From assembly GCA_963740355.1 (NCBI GenBank), contig CAVUDW010000003.1, forward strand, positions 2,368,001-2,432,000: a DNA stretch of 64,000 bases. Reading direction: 5' to 3'. Shown in pieces: positions 57,779-64,000 of this stretch. A program made the translations under genes and the position numbers. Source of the stretch: an uncultured Gemmatimonadaceae bacterium (GTDB lineage Bacteria; Gemmatimonadota; Gemmatimonadetes; Gemmatimonadales; Gemmatimonadaceae). Position 1 is the stretch's first letter. Every line of letters begins with the position of its first letter. The notes under the pieces are model-generated. The model did no database searches and was not told the origin of the DNA. It was given only the letters and a program-made list of their open reading frames with translations.

Positions 57779-60430
57779 TTAAAATCTTGCTCCCAGCGAC
57801 AGATCCACGCGCGTCCCCTTCCGCGGATAAATCCCGCGGCTGACATCCACACGGAACAGTCCTTCCACGAACGACGACCCGAAGCCGTAGCCAGCGATCG
57901 GCCGCCCCGGCGTGGTGAAATTGCTCCGATCGCCGGCCCAACCGAGGTCGAGGAATGCCGTCTGCTTCGACGCCGACGAGCCGTAGCCGATCTCGGATCG
58001 TGACAGCCAATAGGTGTTGCCGATCCGGGTGCCGGCCAGCTGACCGCGCACGGTGCGCAAGCCACCCATGTAGAACTGGCGCTGCAGCGGCACGCTGTCG
58101 GTGGCGGTGCCGACACTCGCCGTCTGGCCGAAGGAGAACTTGCCGAACAGCGGACGCGACACCGTGATGTCGGCCAACCCGCGTGCATAATTGAACGAAC
58201 CACCCGCCGCCTCGGCACGCACATCGGTGACCAGGTTCCAGCCGCTGGGGTCGATGCCGTAGCTCGCATGCCATTCGCCCGAGCCGCCAGCCACCTGCCC
58301 TTCCTCGGCGACGATGTTGGCCGGCATGAAGCGATTGTCGCTGAAGGCATTCGCGACGTTGAAATTCCACCGCTTGCGCGCCGCATCATGCCGTTCACCG
58401 AATGCGCGCCACTTGATCAACCCGGTCGAGGTCGGCCGCGTCCATGTCACCTCGGCGCCCGCATTGCGATAGTAGAAACCTTCATCACGCCCATACAGCA
58501 GCGTCGCCAGCGATGAACCGACGCTCAGCGGATCGCCGAAGTCGTTGGTGTAACTGAGTCGCCGGAAGACGGCGCCCTGAATGGTCGTTCGGCCATTGCT
58601 TCGCGCCAGGCGTACTTCGGCATTCGGTTGCCAGTCAGCCACTCCTATTCGCGCGTTCCCCGACGCCGTGTAGCCTGCACCCAGCGGCCACGTCACTTCC
58701 GTGCCGAGTGAAAAGCCTTCGACACGATTGTAGCGCTGCTGATTGATCGAGTAGTCGAACTGGAGCGGCTGTGGTCCGAACGCCGGCTGCAGCGACAACC
58801 CCAACGAACTGGCCAGCGCCGAGGCATCGCGCTGCGAGAACACTTCCTCGTTCGGGTCGTACGGCGACTTCGGCAGCTCCTTCGACGACGCCAGCACGGT
58901 GGAATCGCACGGGATTTTCACGGCATACTGCAGCGCGCCTTCGTAGCGGGTCTCGACTCGCGTGTAGTACCCGCCCGAGGCCGCACATTCTGCGTCGCGG
59001 ACCTTGCGGCGCGCCACACGAGTCGACGCACGATAGAGCGAATCACCGAAGCGGCGCTCCCGACGCGCATCACGGGACGAGTCGGTTTCTGCCGGCACCG
59101 TCCGTCCCGCCGCGCGCAGCAACGAGTCGCGCACCACATGCCGCTCGGCCACGATCACCTTCCAGACCGAGTCGCGCAACACACCGTACAGCGAATCGCC
59201 GATCAGCTTGGTGCGTGCGGCCGTCGCCGATGTGTCAGCGATCAGTGGCGGCTCATACCCGCGGGAGCGCAGCAGTGAGTCCACGATCTGGCGACGCCGC
59301 ACGCGCGGCACGCGATTGTCGAAATCATCGTCGGTCACCACGTCCTCACACTGCGGGGCACACACCTGCATGCTGGCGCTGGTGCGACGCGCGCTGGCCA
59401 GTGTCGGCATCGGCGGCAGCGGCGCGGTGCCATCCACATCGTCGTACTTGTAGCTCTCCTCGATCCGGATCGGGATGTGCATGAACATCGCCTGCGTGTT
59501 GCCCTCCGCACGATTGACGCGCGGCAACCAGAATTTTCCTTCGTACAGCGCGTACTCCACCGTCACGAGATTGATGTCGAATCGCAGCGGATTGACCAAC
59601 CCGCGGACCCAACCCGGCGGCGCGTCCTCCTTCGCATCCTTGACCTTTTTGGCTCGCGCCGCGGTCGTATCACGCTCCGCGTCTTCGATGTCCTTCTTCA
59701 CATCGGCCAGCGCCTCGTTCCAGATTTCAAGCGGCGCCGACAACCGGTAAGCAGCGCGCACCAGTGATCCGCTGCGCGAGTCGAACCAGAAGCTGCCCAC
59801 GAAACTGCGCCACTCCGGCTTGCGTGCGATCACCTTCAGCTCGCGCAGCGTCAGCCCTTCGCCACTCGGCAGTCGAATCCGGATCGAGTCGCCGATCTGG
59901 TAGCGATAGTACGCTTCGCTGCCACGGGCGAGCGGATGGATGAAGCCCTCGCTTTCATCCACGTCGCGACGCACGGTCGCCATGTCGGTACTCGGCATCC
60001 AGAGCTGTTCGCGCCCCGGGAAATAGGGCACCGGGATGAGCGAGGCTGCGACGCCGTTGACGTTCACGTTCTTCGACATCGGCACCGTGGTGCGTGACGC
60101 CAGCGGCTCGATCCACATCCCCTGGCTGCGACGCCACTTCACGTTCGACACGTTTTCGGTGCGGAACAGCAGCTTGTTTCGCAGCAACGCCGACGTGCCC
60201 ATGCTCACCGTGATGCGAGCCTGCGTCTTCGCGTCGTAACCGCGCAACGCCGAGTCCTGCGCGATCCGGGCGCGACGCGCGAGCATGAAGAGGTTGCGTG
60301 TGGCCGTGTCTGGGAAGGCGCTCGACTGGAGCTCCGAAGTCACCGGACGGCGGCGCACCGGATCAGGCTGGGCAGGCGCCGCGGGGGGCGTCGGCTGCTG
60401 CAGGAGAAGGAACAGCGCGGGGATCAGCAT
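57779..60430 (-). CDS. Large exported protein with a C-terminal outer-membrane beta-barrel
   Basis: RYNRVEG barrel start; GGLRTVRG (Omp85 L6-like motif); terminal LGARF. Confidence 0.75.
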   Translation of the reverse strand: MLIPALFLLLQQPTPPAAPAQPDPVRRRPVTSELQSSAFPDTATRNLFMLARRARIAQDSALRGYDAKTQARITVSMGTSALLRNKLLFRTENVSNVKWRRSQGMWIEPLASRTTVPMSKNVNVNGVAASLIPVPYFPGREQLWMPSTDMATVRRDVDESEGFIHPLARGSEAYYRYQIGDSIRIRLPSGEGLTLRELKVIARKPEWRSFVGSFWFDSRSGSLVRAAYRLSAPLEIWNEALADVKKDIEDAERDTTAARAKKVKDAKEDAPPGWVRGLVNPLRFDINLVTVEYALYEGKFWLPRVNRAEGNTQAMFMHIPIRIEESYKYDDVDGTAPLPPMPTLASARRTSASMQVCAPQCEDVVTDDDFDNRVPRVRRRQIVDSLLRSRGYEPPLIADTSATAARTKLIGDSLYGVLRDSVWKVIVAERHVVRDSLLRAAGRTVPAETDSSRDARRERRFGDSLYRASTRVARRKVRDAECAASGGYYTRVETRYEGALQYAVKIPCDSTVLASSKELPKSPYDPNEEVFSQRDASALASSLGLSLQPAFGPQPLQFDYSINQQRYNRVEGFSLGTEVTWPLGAGYTASGNARIGVADWQPNAEVRLARSNGRTTIQGAVFRRLSYTNDFGDPLSVGSSLATLLYGRDEGFYYRNAGAEVTWTRPTSTGLIKWRAFGERHDAARKRWNFNVANAFSDNRFMPANIVAEEGQVAGGSGEWHASYGIDPSGWNLVTDVRAEAAGGSFNYARGLADITVSRPLFGKFSFGQTASVGTATDSVPLQRQFYMGGLRTVRGQLAGTRIGNTYWLSRSEIGYGSSASKQTAFLDLGWAGDRSNFTTPGRPIAGYGFGSSFVEGLFRVDVSRGIYPRKGTRVDLSLGARF

Positions 60431-60467
60431 AGGCTCAGCGGGAGTGAACGTCGGCGACGAGTGGCCT

Positions 60468-60493
60468 TACGGTCCGGCACCCAGTCGGGTTCC
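60468..60493 (-). promoter_or_regulatory. Candidate ECF-sigma promoter
   Basis: Minus strand GGAAC-N17-CGTA, ending 37 nt before the ATG at 60430. Confidence 0.45.
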
Positions 60494-60648
60494 ACTTGGT
60501 GACCAACCTCCGGATGACGAACCGCCAGGCCAGCCGGCCGACCAATCTCGCCGACAAACAGGCGGTGGCGTGAAGGGGTCGTCGTCGTGGGCCGATACTC
60601 GGGAACGAGCCGCACGCCACCGCACGCAGCCCTTTGCCCTGCCGCAGT

Positions 60649-61617
60649 ATGCATGAGTCTTCGCTTCCCGGCGCCGCCGATCGCCTCTCGCCGAACGACC
60701 CGTCCGGGCTGCAGCGCCGCCTGACGGCCATCCTTCAGGCGTCACCAGCCCCCACAATCTGCGTCGCCCGCAGCCGCGAGGACGGTGGTGACCTGATGGT
60801 TGCCGGCGGTTCGCTGCTCGAACTGGTGAAGCACCGGGTGAATGCATTGCAGCGCGCCGGGATGCGCCGCGGCGACGCCATCGCCAGCGACGCCGTGGGT
60901 GTGAGTCGCGTGGTCGACGCCCTCGCCGCCATCATCGGCGGCTTCGTCTACTGGCCGTGCAGCGATCATCGCCGGATCGCGGAAGGGCCGCTGGTCACGG
61001 ATTCGGGTGCCGCACTGGTCTGGCGTCCGAACCCGCTGGTCGGCGTCGGCCTCTCGCCGGGCCTCCCGCATGAACCCCCGGCGGCGCTTCCGATGCGCCT
61101 CTCGGTACAGCTTCGGGACGTGATGCAGCCTGCCGGGCCTCAGGTCCGGGTCCTGGTCGACGGCGGCAGCGAGAACCCGCCCTTCGCAATCAACGCCCAG
61201 ACCATCGGCAGGCTCGGCAGCACCCTGCGGCGCAAACTCGGCATCAAGCGGCAGAGTGTGCGCTACTGCGCTGCCCCGGCGCAGTCCTCCACCGGCGTAC
61301 TGCTCGACCTCCTCCCGGGCATCGCGGCCCGCCAGGTGATGGTGGTGCCGAGCGAGCTGAATCCGTCGTCGACCACGATCGTGCGCGCGATTTCGCGCTA
61401 CCACCCGGACTCACTGACGCTGACGCTCGACCAGGCGAAGGCACTGGCCGAGACGCCGATCGACGGCGCCACCCTGCACGCGCTCCGCCAGACGCAGCTG
61501 CTCATCGCCGACACCCGCCCCATCCCCCTCGCCCTCCGCACGCACCTCAAGGAGTGGGTCGCCCGCCTCGACATCGCCTACATCCTCCCCGAATCCGGCG
61601 ACGCGTACCTGATCTAG
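60649..61617 (+). CDS. Degenerate AMP-binding (ANL)-like protein
   Basis: LQRAGMRRGDAIA and LAAIIGGFVYWP resemble the ANL N-terminus; no TSGTTG loop. Confidence 0.55.
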   Translation: MHESSLPGAADRLSPNDPSGLQRRLTAILQASPAPTICVARSREDGGDLMVAGGSLLELVKHRVNALQRAGMRRGDAIASDAVGVSRVVDALAAIIGGFVYWPCSDHRRIAEGPLVTDSGAALVWRPNPLVGVGLSPGLPHEPPAALPMRLSVQLRDVMQPAGPQVRVLVDGGSENPPFAINAQTIGRLGSTLRRKLGIKRQSVRYCAAPAQSSTGVLLDLLPGIAARQVMVVPSELNPSSTTIVRAISRYHPDSLTLTLDQAKALAETPIDGATLHALRQTQLLIADTRPIPLALRTHLKEWVARLDIAYILPESGDAYLI

Positions 61618-61643
61618 CGGCAATCTCGCGACGAGCATCGGGA

Positions 61644-63941
61644 TCAGAACTCCCAGTTGATCCCGATGCTTGGCAACACGCCGATGCTCTCGTTCGGCTT
61701 CGGCGCGCGCAGTCGCGCGTCCCATGCGATCTGCGAAATGTTCTTTCGCGCCGTCGCGTTCTGCACATCGAGGTAGGTCACCAGCTGCGAGCGGCGGAAC
61801 ACGAAGCGGCGATCGATACGCAGATCGAGCGCAAAGAACGTCGGCAGTCGCTCGCCTTCGTTGTATCGCGCGAAATCGAGGCGCCCGTCAGTCGTGAACG
61901 GCGTCGTGGGTAGTCCCGCAGCGGTGCGCACGCGGCCACTGAACTCCCAGCGTGGATTCGGGCGCCAGCCAAGCAGGCCGTTGAACACCAGCGGCGAATC
62001 GAACGCACCGATCGCGCTGGCACCACTGAGGCTGCGGAAACGCGTGCGGTTGTAGCTCGCACTGATCAGGCCATACACCGGTATGTCGCTCAATCGCTTC
62101 TGCAGCAGCACTTCGGCACCGCGCACCGTACCCGTGGCCCGCGGCTGCAACGGCTCGAGCCCGTACGGAATGTCATTCGATACATCGTCGAATCCACTTG
62201 GCTGCAATACCGCACTCGGTCGATATACGCGGCCCGGGTAGTCGACATACGACTTCACGTATCCCTCGACCTGCAGCTTGAGGTCGGCGCGCAGCAATCG
62301 TTGCCAGCCAGCCACCACCTGATCGGCTCGCAGTGGTTTGAGCGTGCGCGGATTCGACGCATCACCAACCAGCCAGATTGGCTGCGGTGCCTGGTAATAC
62401 TGGCCACCCGCGAGCGTGAATGTGTTGGCGTCATCCGGGCTCCACGCCAGCGATGCACGCGGCGCCAGCCGCACCGCATTGCGCAGGAACTGGTACCAGT
62501 CCCCTCGCGCTCCAAGGGTCAGGCGAAGCTGGTCGCTCAGCTGCAGGCTCGTTTGTACATAAGCCGCCTGCTTGTAGGTCGCGAACGTCGTGTCCACTCG
62601 CAGCGGCTGGGGCACGCCGTTCTGGTCCAGCCGCGACCCGCCTGGCAATGTGATGTCGTATTGCAGCTCGCCGGCGTACTTGCCGATCAGGCCTGCCGTC
62701 AGCTCGGCACGCGGCGACAGCTGCAGCGTGAGGTCGGTGCGCAATGACGTTTCACCCTCTGTCGACTGCGCTCCGAAGATTCGCTGCGGCGGGTTGGTGC
62801 TGTCACTCTGTGAGGCGTCGAACCGACTCCACGTCCGGCCCAGCGTCGTCGTCACCACACCATTCGACAACAGACGCTTCCACGTGATCCCCGCGATGTA
62901 CTGATCCTGCGAGGAGCCCAGCACCGTCGAGTTGTCGAAGCGGTTGTCAGCAGTCTCGTTCTTGAGCCGAATGCGGTCACGCGCGCCCACCAGCAGGAAG
63001 GACACTTCGTCGCGTGCCGATGGCCGTTGCACCGCCTTCACTGTGACATCCGTGTAGGACGGGATGAAGGGAAACCCCACCGCATTGAAGACGAAGTCGA
63101 GATAGCTGCGGCGCACGCTCACCAAGAGTGAACCATCGTTGGGCAGCGGCCCCTCGGCAATTGCGCCAAACCCTGTGGCAGAGAGGTTGAGAGTCGTGGC
63201 GCGGCGTGCACGGTTTCCTTCGCGCAACGCAATGGTGGTGACACTCGAGGTGCGATCGCCGTATCGAACCCCGAAGCCGCCTGCACTCAGTGCCGCGTCC
63301 CGCACGAATTCGATCGGAATCAGCGACACTGGCCCACCGGTTGATCCTTGCGTGCCGAAGTGGTTCACGTTCGGCACCTCGATGTTGTCTACCACGAAGA
63401 GATTCTCGAACGGGGCGCCACCACGCACGACCAGGTCGTTGCGGCCGGCCGTCGTCACGCCGACGCCAGGCAATACCGAGACCGCCCGAATCACATCCTC
63501 CTGCACCCCAGGCGTGCGACGAATCTCCTCGGCGGTGAATCGCTGCGTACTGACCGGTGTCTCGCGCGCGGGCTCGAAGTAGCTCGGCTGCACGTCCACC
63601 GTCGCCAGCTGCACGACGCGCGGCTGCAGGTCGATCACCAGCGTGGTGGGCTTGCCGGCGCTGACGACGACGTCACCACGCGTGATCGGCGCGAACCCGA
63701 TGGCGCGCACCTCGAGTCGCACGACACCCACCGGCGCACGCAGTCGAAACCGCCCATCATCGCCGCTGACGACCACCAGGTCTGTGCCCACCACACGCAG
63801 TGTGGCGCCCGCTACCGGCTGCTCCGTGGACGCTGAACGAACGCGTCCATCGATGAGACCACTGGCCGACGTGACCTGCGCCGAAGCAGCGGCGCTGCAG
63901 AGGCACAGCAATACTGCGACCTGCACTGCGCGAGCGCGCAT
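61644..63941 (-). CDS. TonB-dependent receptor with an N-terminal carboxypeptidase-regulatory-like domain
   Basis: Signal peptide; plug LPGV...VRGG..ENLFVVD; GGFGVRYGD; terminal INWEF. Confidence 0.92.
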   Translation of the reverse strand: MRARAVQVAVLLCLCSAAASAQVTSASGLIDGRVRSASTEQPVAGATLRVVGTDLVVVSGDDGRFRLRAPVGVVRLEVRAIGFAPITRGDVVVSAGKPTTLVIDLQPRVVQLATVDVQPSYFEPARETPVSTQRFTAEEIRRTPGVQEDVIRAVSVLPGVGVTTAGRNDLVVRGGAPFENLFVVDNIEVPNVNHFGTQGSTGGPVSLIPIEFVRDAALSAGGFGVRYGDRTSSVTTIALREGNRARRATTLNLSATGFGAIAEGPLPNDGSLLVSVRRSYLDFVFNAVGFPFIPSYTDVTVKAVQRPSARDEVSFLLVGARDRIRLKNETADNRFDNSTVLGSSQDQYIAGITWKRLLSNGVVTTTLGRTWSRFDASQSDSTNPPQRIFGAQSTEGETSLRTDLTLQLSPRAELTAGLIGKYAGELQYDITLPGGSRLDQNGVPQPLRVDTTFATYKQAAYVQTSLQLSDQLRLTLGARGDWYQFLRNAVRLAPRASLAWSPDDANTFTLAGGQYYQAPQPIWLVGDASNPRTLKPLRADQVVAGWQRLLRADLKLQVEGYVKSYVDYPGRVYRPSAVLQPSGFDDVSNDIPYGLEPLQPRATGTVRGAEVLLQKRLSDIPVYGLISASYNRTRFRSLSGASAIGAFDSPLVFNGLLGWRPNPRWEFSGRVRTAAGLPTTPFTTDGRLDFARYNEGERLPTFFALDLRIDRRFVFRRSQLVTYLDVQNATARKNISQIAWDARLRAPKPNESIGVLPSIGINWEF

Positions 63942-64000
63942 GAATCCTCGGGGGTCTGGTGCACGACGAATGCCGCCGAGAACGCGGCGTGGCTGATCAA

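Overview
High-GC bacterial chromosomal window, gene-dense with about 65 CDS. I saw no rRNA, tRNA, CRISPR array, transposase or phage genes. The gene content (many lipoproteins, a TonB-dependent receptor, ECF/anti-sigma pair, GHL10, GH20, M14/M23/M24 peptidases, bacilliredoxin) indicates a diderm. A Gemmatimonadota-like origin is my inference, not a search result. Recognisable blocks: ECF sigma/anti-sigma/PDZ operon; rnd; ferredoxin; a suf operon (sufR-B-C-D-U-S-U2) with a perfect SufR-type operator; a Wtp/Mod-type oxyanion ABC transporter; an ABC-2 exporter; lepB; nfo; pruA; panD. The strongest novelty candidate is 20.7-24.2 kb. A 68-aa lipoprotein-signal ORF, hidden inside a longer called ORF, ends in two copies of the hexapeptide VPTIPW. 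It lies tail-to-tail with an HTH-less TPR protein and head-to-head with a pseudo-receiver/AraC regulator, which resembles a Rap/Phr (RRNPP)-style peptide-signalling cassette in a diderm. Other notable signals: recurrent TANNNT-N5-7-ATG leaderless starts, a 21-codon repeat-derived ORF bridging sufU and sufS, REP-like inverted repeats, and an exported serine hydrolase with a protamine-like tail. All family calls come from motif recognition by eye; no searches were run.
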